DNA from: Trichinella spiralis
Lineage: Eukaryota
Direction of reading: 5' to 3'
Assembly: GCF_000181795.1 (NCBI RefSeq)
Contig: NW_003526944.1
Location: 801,383-860,750 of the forward strand
DNA: 59,368 nt
This document shows positions 29,299 through 42,868 of this stretch, in pieces (the stretch's first letter is position 1; every line of letters starts with the position of its first letter). Made by a program: the position numbers and the translations under genes. A model generated the notes under the pieces. It did not search any database. It saw only the letters and a list, made by a program, of their open reading frames with translations, and was not told the DNA's origin.

Positions 29299-30740
29299 TC
29301 ACGAAGCATCAACAACAACATTTCCATTTGGCAATGTGCGTAACAAGTGCGACAACGGCCAGTGATATGGGAGAAGCAGTATGGTCGAGGCGAACAGTAA
29401 AATTCCGCCCGTGATGAAGGAGAAGAAGAAATTTCCATGCAACGAGTCGGCAAGCAGCCCACTCAACACGGGAACCACCATCCCGCTGAGTCCACGAACA
29501 AACAACTCAAAACCGTATACGAAATTCAATCTATCCAAACCGACCAGTCGGAGAACAACAACTGGCGCTAAAGCGGTTGCCATGCCTATGGACAGTCCAC
29601 TGACTGAAACGTAGCACAAGTAAGTGATGTATGTTCCTTTCCAACTGATCGCCGTGCGTGCCGCGGCCAAAGCTAAGCTGGCCACATTGTAACTGAATAC
29701 TGGATCGAATTTGAATTTGCCCACCAATCCGCTTGAAAGTAGTCTACCGGCAACGGCAAAAATTGCCTGCACTGAGATGATCATTGCAATTTGATCACCG
29801 TTGAACATTTCCATGTCCAGACGAACTGGCAGTATTTCGAAAACGTAACATCCCAGATGCCACAAGAGGCTGCTGAACAGAAATACAAATACCACAGCTT
29901 TGGAAAGCAGGGACGAGCTTGTATTTGCGTTTTCTGAAATTGAGTTTTTTTTGGGTTGGTCAGCCGCATTGACGACAGCATTGTCGGTTAATAGATTTTC
30001 TTCTTCAACAGTTACCATCGGTCGACTGTTCGACGATAAAAGCATTCCAAAAATCAATAGCTGAGCAGTCATGCAAGCGATCACTGAAAATGTGATTTGC
30101 CATGGATTAGTATCCAAAATGGCGTCGAAGAGAAATGGAAAAACTGCGGCTCCCAACGCACCACCTACCATTGCTACAGTGGTCATTAAATAGCGATGCT
30201 TTTTAAAGTGAAAACTTACGACTGTTATCATTGGCACTGACATAATGCCAAAACCAAGTCCTGAAATTGCAAACTTTTTTTTTGATTATTACAATTCAAC
30301 TTTTCCTTTTTACAACAGTCACACACCTGCTATTGCAGAGGTAACGTTGAAATAAATTAATTTCGACGCGAACGCACAAGTGATAAATCCCAACGTAACA
30401 GTGGCAGCTCCAAACATGAGTACTTTTCGAGCACCGAATTTTTTTGTCAAAAACGTCGATACGGGTCCTAGATGTGTTAATTTGTTGTTTGTCGAAATTC
30501 AATTAAAGAAAAATGAAAGCATTTCTAATTACCGAGAATTTCAGCGCATCCGTGCATGACAGCGTGCGATACGCATGCTTCGGCAATTGTAGATTTGAAG
30601 TAGTTTTTGATGTAAGGCGGAAAAACATCCTGAGCTTGAATCACTCCTTCGGCGATCATTTGGCACATGAAGCCGGAAATGACGATGACGATGCTTTGTA
30701 CGTTGGAAAGTGGGTTTGTGTTTTTTTGTTCACTGTCCAT
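29299..30740 (-). CDS. MFS transporter, monocarboxylate transporter (SLC16/MCT)-like, 3 coding exons
   Basis: MDSEQ...VIVISGFMCQMIAEG...|GPVSTFLTKKFGARKVLMFG...|GLGFGIMSVPMITVVSFHFKKHRYL...VGLDRLNFVYGF. About 12 hydrophobic segments with an MCT-like loop motif (FGAR) and an F.K.R motif. Confidence 0.82.
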
Positions 30741-31142
30741 TTTTTAAATATTATTCATGAAATGAAGTAAGTCCACAATAGAATGGGGTAAAGAAGGCAA
30801 TTTTTTCAACCATCAGCACAGCAGTTGTGTTCAGTCAACAGTTCTACAATCTGAATGAAGTAAGTGTAAAATTGATTTGATGTAATCGTTTAATTCAAAT
30901 AACGCGGGCAAACAATTTCAAGATAAATATGAGCAATAAGCGTAGTAGTTAGTTGTTCTGCATTTATATACTGTTGCTAATTTTTACCGGTTATATATGT
31001 ATTCTTTGAAATACATTTTTGCAACTGATCCGACAAATAATAAGAGAAACGGTGATTGTGAAATTGATTAATTACATTAATTATATTATCAATGTTTGTC
31101 TTAGTTTTATTGCATACCTATGAACAGAATTTGAACGACTAA

Positions 31143-31198
31143 CAGCAGCACCAGCAGTAGTAGTAGTAGTAGTAGTGGTGGTGGTGGTGGTGGTGGTG
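31143..31198. repeat. Compound trinucleotide microsatellite (CAG/TAG/TGG)
   Basis: cagcagcaccagcag followed by a tag run and then a tgg run. Confidence 0.85.
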
Positions 31199-34120
31199 AA
31201 ACTTTTCATTAGACGCTGAAAAATTAGCGTTCCATGTTTACTTGTTTAAATATCATGCGATTGTTGTTGTTGTTGCATCAACTACACACCACACACGTAC
31301 AGACAAACTACGATGTCAGTTTGTTCAATTTTGTTGGCAGTTTTACATCGTTCATAAAATCACCGGCAATCTCGACGTGAATAAATTTATCACATATTTG
31401 GAATGTGAAGAAATTGTCGACACCTAGTCACAGTTCCTTGTTTGCTTTTCCATTGTGCTTGATGGTTTTAAATTTCTTATTCCATTCGTGTAAATAATGT
31501 TTTACAACGGCACAATGTAAATGGTTTTTTTTTTAATTTTGATCACATCTTCTGTTACCGTATTCCGATTAAGTTCTTTTTATTATAATATTAACTTGTA
31601 GTGAAGAGACAAAAAGCAGAGAATAATAGCTAATGTCATTTTTTTTAACGGATAAATTGTTCTTCGTGAAGAGAGAGATATTTGGTAAAATAAATAGAAG
31701 GCAAAAGTTTGTTCAAATTGTGTAGACGTAAAAGAAGTTTATCAAATAGAAAATAAAATCAAATTGTAAAGAGTCGTTCAGAGATGAATTGGTTTCACAA
31801 AATTGAAAATCAGTTTTTACGAATCATAATTGAATGATTTGAAAACAAATTGATCTGTCATTTATATAAATAAAATATCAACTTATTCATGAGATATTTA
31901 AATTTTTAATTTTGACTTTGAACGATTGTAATAATATAATAATACCAAAATGTCATTCGTGTGTATGTGTGTGCGCAATACTGTAATTGCTTTTTTGCGC
32001 TTCTTTACTTCAATATGCGCAAAGGTTGTGTAAAATAAATGCGTAACAGTTGGTTGTTTTCATTCAAAGATGCAGCAGAAAGCAAAGGAAGAAAAAACAG
32101 GAAAGAAGCAATGGATGTTTTTCATTCTGTAAAGCACATAAGCAGTTGTTCTCTTATCTTTTATCCAATTAATAATGTTGATTGTTTTATGGCATAGCGT
32201 ACTGTTGAGCATGTGAAGCATGAAGGGTGTTTGATTTATTTATTATTTTTTGGTGAAAGCAGTATTTTTTGAAAAAAAAGCATTGCTTGGCAGAAAAGAG
32301 GAGAAAATAAGACCAACGGTTTGAAAATTAGCATTTTTTAAATACAGCAATTTTTTTTATGAATAATAGATAATCTGCAAAAAGTAAACAGTGCAGAGTA
32401 ATCAGATTTTCAATAGCGAAATTATTTTATTGAAAATCAAAGTCAACGAAACATGCCATTTTTCAGAGTTTTATTTGTTTCGTACTACTTTCTACTACGT
32501 ATATTTTTAATTTCTTCAATTCGGTGTTATAACCCAATAATGCTGTGATGATCAATTTTTATGGCGATATTTTCAATTTAATGAAATCATTTCCAGAACG
32601 TTGACGACAAATTTCAGCTTATAAAATCGTTTCTTTATCACGTGCATTTTCAAAGTTGAACTATTGTCAACGCTTGAAAAGGAAATTCTAATAATTACAT
32701 CATATCACCCTAGCCTGTTTGGTTCTTCTTTTGGAAAAGAACCCCTCCCCCTTTTTCTCACGTGAAAAAACAAATTAATTAATTAATTAATTTCAGTTTC
32801 AACTTTTACACTTACCTCATTAATTTCATTTGGAAAGACGAAACTTTCGATAAGAAGAAACAACAATACGAAGATATAGGCATAGGCAGAGAAATATAGC
32901 AAATATTGATTTTCGACACGTGGTGACAACAATTTAAAAAATTTCTTCGTCAGCTAAGGTTTGGCTATTGGGGTTGAAGTCGCTTCAATTTGGTACTAGC
33001 AATGAGGCCAAACATCTCCCAATCTTTGTGAAACAGGTTTCACATGTCACATGTGAAACGTGATAAAGGGAAATAAATTCTTGATCAACTTTAAATCATA
33101 AAAGGCTTGAACTGAATAATAATAATAAGAAGAAGAAAACAATATCCCAAAGAAGAATTTTGAAAATGTTTATTTCCACAGCTTTATGTTTTATTTTTAA
33201 ATTTATTTAAAATTTCAAAACATTCTTTCTCAGCATTCAAACAAACGCATTTGTCACTCCATCGTCCAACTATCAATTATATCAAGCAAATGCTGCTTTG
33301 CTTCCGTCTAGATTAGATTGATTCAATGTTTTTATTTGCCTTTTCTTTCAACTTGATCAGCAGTTGCATTTGATCCATTATCATCGAAAAAGATTTCTTT
33401 TTTGTAGTAACCTGATCATCATTACTGTTTCATATTTAAATTTATTCATTTGCTTTTCTGTTGTATCATTCATTTTTCAAACAAAAATTGCACAAAGAGG
33501 TGCTGACAACGTTATTGTATATATATCAACTGAGGCACCGTGAAACGTTCATCGATCGATTGACCTGAAAATGCCATTTGAGCATGAAAAGTTTGAAAAA
33601 AAAGCTATCACACAACTACAATTGCGAAAGCAACTTCAGCTACCAGTGCATATCGACCTTGTATGTTATTTTCTCCTAAATTATGATAAAAATTCATGTC
33701 ATCATTGATCTATTTACTCTTTAGGTCAGGGTGGAATAAAAGTGATAAAAATTATCAATTGCTAATGGAAATTTTAAATGTAGAAATGTTTTTTTTGTCA
33801 GTTTTTTCATAACTTTTGTAAATTAAAGAAAATCATGTTCTATGAATTTTAATTGCACTTTGAAAAAAATTACTCGTTGAATTTCAATAAAAAAAAAACA
33901 AAATATTAAAAATACATCACATTTATTAGGCTGAAATATAACGATACTTTGTATTTTTCTTTTTTTAGCTCATCATAATCACGTGGAAAATTATTATAAC
34001 AGAAACATGTTTTTGTGCAAGCATTTTCTTGTGCAGGCCACTTCTGTACTGGTGTTGTTCGCTTTTGAAATATTAAAATTGCATGGATTTTACAACAAAA
34101 CATTCATTTATTGACCATTT

Positions 34121-34128
34121 TATAAAAG
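34121..34128 (+). promoter_or_regulatory. TATA box candidate
   Basis: TATAAAAG starts 50 nt upstream of the ATG at 34171. Confidence 0.4.
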
Positions 34129-34170
34129 GGAATTGTGCTGCTTTTCCAACATTGAAACCAGTTGGCAGCA

Positions 34171-34835
34171 ATGCGTTGGAAAGCATTCGGGTTTGTTATG
34201 CTGTTTTTGTGGAATATTTCGACGGAAAAAAGTTTCGGATGTGAAGCTCCTAACAGTATAGACAAGACTATATATCATGAAAATTGCAACTTGAGTAATT
34301 TTTCTTTGTCTTTGTGCTATTTCAAAATTCTACTGCTATTTTTCTAATGTTTTTCTGTTTAGAAACACCTGCAATATTTCATATAGAAAAGGTCGTTTCG
34401 AGAGATGAAAATGGAAATCTTAGCTATCCTGTGAATGTTGGTGAGAAAATTCTTTACTTCGACATCATTGGACGCAATGAAGGTGAAGAAGTGCATAATT
34501 TATTGCTCGACTTGCAGCTTCAACAATATGTTGGCAACGGAGAACGAAACTGTAAATGGAAAACCCTACCGCTGTCACCATTTCTGTATGATTGTCGCAC
34601 AATTTATACTGTTGGCAAAATTATTTTCTCTTGTAATTTTAGGAAAAACATCAATCCAGGAATAGGTATTACTGTACCTCATGGTGACGTTGCTTTGCCG
34701 ATTAAATTTAGTCTTCACGGTTTTGGGCCTATAATTTATTTGCTTTCTGACTGGGTAAGTAAGTGTAGGCGTTTTAACTGCTATTCAAACTCTCGTTATA
34801 AATAGACTCTACTTGATAAGCATGCAGATAAATAA
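34171..34835 (+). CDS. Small secreted protein resembling nematode ML/MD-2-related lipid-recognition proteins (exons 34171-34294, 34363-34585, 34643-34754, 34806-34835)
   Basis: Signal-peptide-like N-terminus MRWKAFGFVMLFLW, then C..PNSIDK...NC, DENGNLSYPV, C.WKTLPL and F.PIIYLL. Splice phases are compatible across all four exons. The family call is from memory and the last exon is tentative. Confidence 0.65.
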
Positions 34836-35573
34836 ATGAATATTATTGATTTTCTTTTTTTTCTTTCACTCAACTCATCTATTTAATGAATGTGCACTTT
34901 TTATATGAAATATTTTCCATTTTTATAAACAATAATAAATCGTTTCATTTGTATGATAAATTGCTTTTTCTATTATCCATCATTTGAGAGAAATAGCTTC
35001 TTATCACGAGTGCAATGAAAATTTACATAATGCACATGCGTACTGATATTGGCGTTGTTTGCTTTTGAAGGGCTTTTACGCGTTGAACATTTTGATAAAA
35101 GACGGTCTTGAAAAGGTTTCAACGCCACTTGGCTGCTTGCGGGTGGAATTTCAAATTCGAAAATAAATCTCCTGCTGTTCATTCACTGTTCGTTCCTGTA
35201 ATATGCTACTCCTTGAGAAGCTTTTCTCATTTTTTCTCGCTTTATTCTATTGTAAGTAAAAGCTATTTTTTCTTTTCTTTTGTATTATTCATTTTTATTG
35301 ATATGCAAATATATATATATGATGTTTATTTCCTTTTTTCTGAATAGCAAAAGCCAATGAGATTTTAAGTTAAAACACAACTGATTTGAAAACAAAATGT
35401 GGCAGGCAATGTGAAATGAAATAACTTTTTCTTTTCCAAAGTGAAATGCAGGCAGTTTAAAAGCTTCTACGAATATTTTTTTTCTGTTTTTTTTGCAAAA
35501 TGAAGTAGCGTTGTGTGTTGATTTGAAATGGGCGCTTATGGCAACAAATTACCTTTAATAATTAGCATTTTTT

Positions 35574-37034
35574 TCAGCAGCGTTCAAATATTTCATCTAA
35601 AAATTAAAATAATTATTTATCATTGTTGTATATTATTATTTTTATTTATTTAATTACCTTCTTCTAAACCGAGGCATTTTCCCCACTCTTTGAGGGTGAT
35701 TTTTTCATCTGCATCTGCGTCGCACTGACGTAAGAAAGGCTCTATGCATGATTCGAGTGGAATCACAGGTGCAGTTAAGGGGATCAGTTCGTGATGTGTG
35801 ACTGCTTTGTCGTGCGGTTTACTGTCCAAATCGCAAAATTTCCAAATTACTGGATAAACATGCTTCAAATGTTCATCTCTTTCAGCATCTTCGATCATTT
35901 GTATCCACTGATCACCGTACAGCTCTTGACGTTTTTTCAAATCAAGCATAACCTTAAATTTTATGCTTTGTAATAAAAAGTTTTTATACTTTCAACCGTG
36001 CGTGCGTGAATCATATTTACTTGAAACAACCAATCAGCCATACGAGTGGAAAATTGACTAAGGTGATTTTGCGTACATTCTTCCAATTCTAAATTTAGCG
36101 AAAAAGAAAAAATGTTTTTTTTTGCTTTTAAAATTAAAGTGTAAACTATATGTGCTTCAGTGAAATTTTTTTTCTTAAAATATACCTTTGCAATGACCAA
36201 GATATTGCAAATGTAGATGCTTGTTTTTAGCATTTGAACATTCCGCCATTTCACGTCTGCACATGCATCGTTCACGATAGAGATGGCAAATGCTTTCATA
36301 CGTGACGTTGTTATTACTACATACCTAAATATAGGGTAGAGTTGAAGTTTGGAAAAAAAATAGATGATTTTATTCAATAAAAAAAAACAACCTTATCCAA
36401 AGGGTCTGGTTTAGGATTGGTCGGACATTCGACAGCACACTGACATACGGCTTTTCCTTTGTGGTTCACGTGGCACTCTTTGCCCCAACCGCAAACATGA
36501 TTCAAACAGGGATTTTGTTCAGTTTCTGCTTCTTCATCTGCATAATTTGCAAATTTCTGTTTCAGTATTTAAATAGAATATGAGTAGAATATTACTGGTT
36601 TCATTATCACTGTCGTCGATTGGTGCATTTTTTGCATCTTCATGCTCAATTTCAATGTCGTTGTCCATTTTGTGTAACTGTTGCAGCATTGGCTCCAGTT
36701 GATCCCAGTCGTTCTTTTTTCCATGTTTATTCTAAGAGAACAGATAAAAAAAATATTCATATACAGATTTTATTTTTGACTGAATATTCTCAAATACAAA
36801 CAAATATTAGCAACATTCAAATGAACTTTGTCGGAAAAGTTGATTGATGTTTGGCAAGATATTTTCGTTTAAAAATAGAACTAACTAACTGCTCAATTAA
36901 ACCGACGTCTGTTTAGCAACAGAGCCCATTCAATCACAGCTTCAACATAAATAAATGTACATGTACGTATATATTCTTTTAGATTTTCTCTAATAATTTC
37001 TGCATCGCGTTTCATTTTTTCTTATTGATACACA

Positions 37035-37076
<42 letters not shown>

Positions 37077-37943
37077 TAGTTGCTGCATTCAGGTCTGCAA
37101 TTATAACATTATTGTTCATTAATTATCTGAAATGAGAATTTATTGGAATTCTTTGATTTTTTCATGCTATTCTATTATTCAGTGTCTATTTTGAACAACG
37201 CTTGATGAAAAATAATCGATAATTCAATTTTGTGCCCCTACACAATTAGCAACAATAGCAAAATTCACTAGATTCAAGCAGTTGTTTGGTCAGTTATAAA
37301 ATATTACAAAATTTATCCTTGTTTTTCGCTGATTATTTCAATTTTCCAAACTAAATAATGCAAGAAAATTACTCTGCTATTATTCTCTGCTCTAAATAAT
37401 GAATGCAACATTCTATATACACGTATAAAGTGATGAATTATGCAAACAATTGAATGATGATAAGCTGAAACAAGAAAGCTATATTTCGATAAATTATTCA
37501 ACAGAAGAGTTGCATTTATTATTTAAAAGTTAATTTTGAATCGCATATGAAATTCTGTATTGTACATCATAATCGGAATAATGTAAACAGACTTGAGGCA
37601 ATGGAGGAGAAGTAATTTCATTCATCTTTTAACTAACTTATTCAATCNNNNNNNNNNAAAAAAAATATTCATATACAGATTTTATTTTTGACTGATATCT
37701 CAATACAAACAAATATAGCAACATTCAAATGAACTTTGTCGGAAAAGTTGATTGATGTTTGGCAAGATATTTTCGTTTAAAAATAGAACTAACTAACTGC
37801 TCAAATTAAACCGACGTCTGTTTAGCAACAGAGCCCATTCAATCACAGCTTCAACATAAATAAATGTACATGTACGTATATATTCTTTTAGATTTTCTCT
37901 AATAATTTCTGCATCGCGTTTCATTTTTTTATATAGATACACA

Positions 37944-38019
<76 letters not shown>

Positions 38020-39009
38020 TAGTTGCTGCATTCAGGTCTGCAATTATAACATTATTGTTCATTAATTATCTGAAATGAGAATTTATTGGAATTCTTTGAT
38101 TTTTTCATGCTATTCTATTATTCAGTGTCTATTTTGAACAACGCTTGATGAAAAATAATCGATAATTCAATTTTGTGCCCCTACACAATTAGCAACAATA
38201 GCAAAATTCACTAGATTCAAGCAGTTGTTTGGTCAGTTATAAAATATTACAAAATTTATCCTTGTTTTTCGCTGATTATTTCAATTTTCCAAACTAAATA
38301 ATGCAAGAAAATTACTCTGCTATTATTCTCTGCTCTAAATAATGAATGCAACATTCTATATACACGTATAAAGTGATGAATTATGCAAACAATTGAATGA
38401 TGATAAGCTGAAACAAGAAAGCTATATTTCGATAAATTATTCAACAGAAGAGTTGCATTTATTATTTAAAAGTTAATTTGAATCGCATATGAAATTCTGT
38501 ATTGTACATCATAATCGGAATAATGTAAACAGACTTGAGGCAATGGAGGAGAAGTAATTTCATTCATCTTTTAACTAACTTATTCAATCAGTATTCACTT
38601 ATAATAAAGAAAAAAAAGGATGTTTGTTATTTATGAAACATGAACAGATTGTGCTTCGGCAACAAAAAAAATGAAAATGCTAAGCGATAAAATTTCTGCT
38701 GAATGAAAAATTTAAAACATCTTTACTGCTAAAATAACATGTTGCAAATTTTCTTAAATAACAGATTTAGGTGCATTTTTTGATAAGTGTTTTTTTTAAA
38801 TAAATTCACAACAATATTTTACAATAATTTATCCATTTTGTCATAACTTTGTATTTATTATTTATTTATTTAAATAGTAAAAACTGTGATACCTGTGATA
38901 ATAGGAAGGAGAGTATAGATATTTTTTCTTTGCTTACTTTTTTTGTCGAAGCAATATCACAAGCGTACAAGCAGAGCAGAACGAGCAGTACGAACTTGGT
39001 GGATAACAT
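35574..39009 (-). CDS. ost-1: SPARC/osteonectin (ost-1 ortholog)
   Basis: Signal peptide MLSTKFVLLVLLLYAC, acidic segment, follistatin-like NPCLNHVCGWGKEC...DPLDKVC, and EC domain RMADWLFQ...KHVYPVIWKFCDLDSKPHDK..HHELIPLTAPVIPLESCIEPFL...KEWGKCLGLEE|DEIFERC*. Confidence 0.95.
36746..38589. repeat. Near-identical direct duplication (about 36746-37647 and 37658-38589) flanking a 10-N gap in SPARC intron 1; probable assembly artefact
   Basis: The same ORF appears at 37313-37501 and 38256-38444. The copies abut the NNNNNNNNNN at 37648-37657 and differ mainly by single-base indels near the contig end and by (TA)n length. Confidence 0.9.
37949..38012. repeat. (AT)n microsatellite; shorter version at about 37039-37070
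   Basis: Uninterrupted AT dinucleotide run. Confidence 0.9.
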
Positions 39010-41158
39010 TGTTTGCCGGCTAATTTTAAGTACTGTACGATTGGACTACTTCAGTGGGCGAGGTCAGCTATTGTACCAATCGATGGTCGAGGTGCTTTGT
39101 TAGCTTTAATCCTGAAAGCAAAGAAAAAACAAGAGCTAATGAAGATATATCAAGCATAGCAGATGTTCGGTTGGTCGTCAGCTTGGCGTTGGGGAAAAAG
39201 TTGGAAAATCTCGGAATAGAATAGAGGAGCACAACATTATTAACACACAACATTCGACATTTTAATCGACCAGATTTTAGGCCGAATGAAAATTTCACAA
39301 ACACAGCAAGCAAGCTTGGTTTGCTGTTGTTGAAACGTGTTACGAAAAGAAAAAGATACATCCGAACAACAAATCACTACCACCAGAGTGCGGATGTAAT
39401 AAAAATTACTGAAAGCAAAGGGGAAAAAACACAACCAGTGCCAACTGCTTATTCTTATTATCTATTAGCCACAAGAAAAAATAAGGAAAATTTTTTGAAA
39501 TACTGAAATTGAAAAGATGCCAATTAGTTGGCTTGCTGAGCATGAAGTCATGAAGTCTGTTGTTGCAAAGAAGCGGGGAGGGGGGATTGGAGGAAAAAAA
39601 TATATGGAACTTGACGACTCAGAGGTGCTCGTAATTCAAAGCCAAAAGTTTCCTTCTTCCACTTGGAATGTCTGTTTTTCGACCAATCTGTTCACGAATC
39701 TACCAACGTGAAAACGTTGCCGAAGCCAATGATAATAATAATAATAATAATTAATGATAACTAGAATGTGATGATGGATTGAAGAAATAACGTTAAGCAA
39801 AAGTCCGGCTTTTAGAAGTTGAACTGCAGGGAGGGAGCTGTTCAAAGGAAAAGAAATATAATATCAGCATCGATATTGGAGCTACGACGACATTGCGAGC
39901 GACCTGTCCGTGTAGCAGCAGCTAACAACAGCTGTTCTCAGTTGTCTCGCGGCTGTCGTTTTTGCTTGAATGTTGAAATAAAATATAAACGGAGAAGCTT
40001 AGCTTTCTCTCTGTTGGCGAGGTCGAAAGCCGCGCTTCTTATTCAAATTGAAAAACTGCCGTCAGCATTGGCTACATTATCAGTTGGAAAATGTTGTGAC
40101 GCTTTTCCGGTATCATTCATTTGCTCGCTATTATCATTATTATTAACCGACCATGTGGCCGGCTAATTCTCTCCACTTTATTTTAGTATCATAGAATTCC
40201 CCCCCCCCATCCGAAATTTCAACTTTCTTGGTGATCTACTTGAGTTTTTTTGTTATTTAATACAAATAAAACAATGAAAAGAAGCACATCTCATTTTCAA
40301 TGTAAAACATTATCTTATGACAATACGGATATCCATTATTATTTGTATAATTATTCTATTTATCCACTGCCACACTATTTTACCATTCTGTTTACTGAAA
40401 TATCCCATTTCAGTCATTGTAAAAGTTTTATTCATTTTTATCAAATTTCATTTTATTTAAAAAAGGTTAAAATCAAACATATCAAGCAAACATTTCAATA
40501 CAGATTTTAATGGTCGTTTTTGTTTGTTTGTTTGTTCTGATTAGTTCGTCTATTGAAATTAATGTCCACGAAAAGAGGAGAAAACATTCTTGCAACATCG
40601 CATTTCCGTTGTACTACACAATTGTTGCAAACTAGCGAAATCACATACGTTATTGTGTTAAAAAATTGCTGCGTAAGTAAACAAAATTTTATTTTTAATT
40701 GAAATAAGAGGTATTAAAAATAGTAACATTTTTTTGAATAAATATTAAATTATACTCGAGGAATACGATCATCATTCAAAGCTAACAACGAATCAATTTT
40801 TCTCTTGTTATACAACAAACACTATTTGCTAACATTTATGCGAATTGTAAAAAGCATATTTCTTTATTCGCAGTAAAATTTACATTTTCAACAAAAGGTT
40901 TCCCGGACAAAAAAGGATGATATTTCTATTCTCCGACGATTCAACAGTCAAAAATAACATAACGTCAGGGAATATTTTGAATTTGCAAAATTGAACTTTG
41001 AAATTTTTAAAAACAATTCATTGTTCATTTCAATGAGTTTTCAAAAGTTCAGAATATTGACTTGAAACTGACGATTATTTTTGCAAAATTATGCATAAAA
41101 TTTACATACTTTTCTTCAAACACTCAACATTACATTAAACCAACCTTTGCAATATTAA

Positions 41159-41162
<4 letters not shown>

Positions 41163-41192
<30 letters not shown>
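41163..41192. repeat. (AT)n microsatellite
   Basis: Uninterrupted AT dinucleotide run. Confidence 0.9.
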
Positions 41193-41196
<4 letters not shown>

Positions 41197-42868
41197 CAGT
41201 GATTTATTTGTATGATACTCATTTATATGATAACTAGAATACATCAAATTTAACAAGGGATTCGTTTTCAAGCATAACATTCAGTGAAATTTCTTAAAAT
41301 GAACTTCGAATTAACATTGAACAAAATATTCAGTATTCCATAATGGAATATTATTGACTTTAGTTATTACCTGAATAAAAGGGTTTGAAAAAGAATTGAA
41401 AGAACAATCGTCGAAAATTGCTCAGTGCATGCAATGCAGAATGACGTGCAAAAAGCAAATGACTTTTAATAAAATACATTTTACATGCCTATGCGTTAAA
41501 TTTCTCAACTTGTATCAGTTTGTTTAACTTGTTTATGCAAACACTACACTTTCTAGTTTACAGTTTGTTTGCTTAACTTTCAGAAAGTTATCAAAGCTAG
41601 TTGGTCGGTTGGTGGTTGGTTATCCAACAACGACAAGCACATGACTGAAATTTTCCATTTTTCAAAGCTTAAACAATTTTTCACTGAATTGCTTATTAGA
41701 AAATATTATTTATTACTCTACAATATATTTTATTCTGTTATACGTAAAAATGTTAACATATTTTGCAGAGATTAGTTGTTAAACGTAATTTAATTTAAAA
41801 AAAAATGTAAAACATTCATTTTCTAAAACGCATTCTGGATCTACACACAATTTCACATTGATATTGTTGTAAATATTAAAAAAAACATCCAGAAAAGCAT
41901 CATGTACAATAATTATATAACTTAAACCGGAAGTCAATGTAATGAAGATCTACATTTACGTTAAACTCAAGTGAGTTGTTTAATTTTTCACTGCAACTGT
42001 TCAGTTTCTATTAATGAATTATGTGGTAAATTTGTATCCTAAAAAATTCATTAACTGGCATAAAATTAAATTAAAATAAACGTATTTAATTGAAATTCAT
42101 TGAATTTTTAATTTAACAGTATCCTAACATTGGAGTACAGTTCCAAAAACTTTTCGGTCAATCACTACAGTATTACAGTAAAGTTATTGTTACCTGAATA
42201 CAAAAAATACTATAGAAAAAGGCGATATGGCCTGAATTTATAAACTGTTGTGTATTGGGGTTGATTTTGATCCAAGTATATTATTTACAGTGCTGTAAAA
42301 TTAAGTGCATGTTACATTAATTTATTTGTTTAAAGTAAGGTCAATTTATTTGTCGAAGCATGTCATTCTTGACGCAACATTTATGCTGACTTTTAGATCA
42401 TGCACATTTATTTAAAATATAGCATTCTTTTTTTACTTTTAGAAAAAGTGGTATAAAAGTAAAATGAAGAAGACTGTTATTTTGACATGAAATTTCTTTA
42501 TATATACAACATTTAATTGTTGTTAAAAGCATTCATTAAATATGTAGTTTTTTTTTCTTATAATTTGGTTACATTGAAAAATTCATGTCGGATTGCTATG
42601 ACCAAACTGCTTATTAGTTGTCAAACTTGCTGTGAATATTTTCGTATTTTGTTATTAGTGTTAATGCAGAGAAGTTTCGTTAACAAAAATGTTGCTTATT
42701 TTTTAATAACTGCCATGAATTCTAATGAATTTTGCTACACAAAGAATTTGTATTATGATGATTCATATCATTGAAGTAATGACAATATAATGCTTCCTTA
42801 TCGTGTTGTATTTTAGTTTTGTTATCCTTAAATTCTGATATTGTCATTGGCACGTTATTTTGAAAGCA

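Noticed and set aside
39500..42800. Short ORFs between SPARC and ATG7; ETS-like ACCGGAAGT at 41926-41934
   Set aside because: The ORFs have non-coding composition with no splice-consistent model, and a single motif is not enough to call a promoter.
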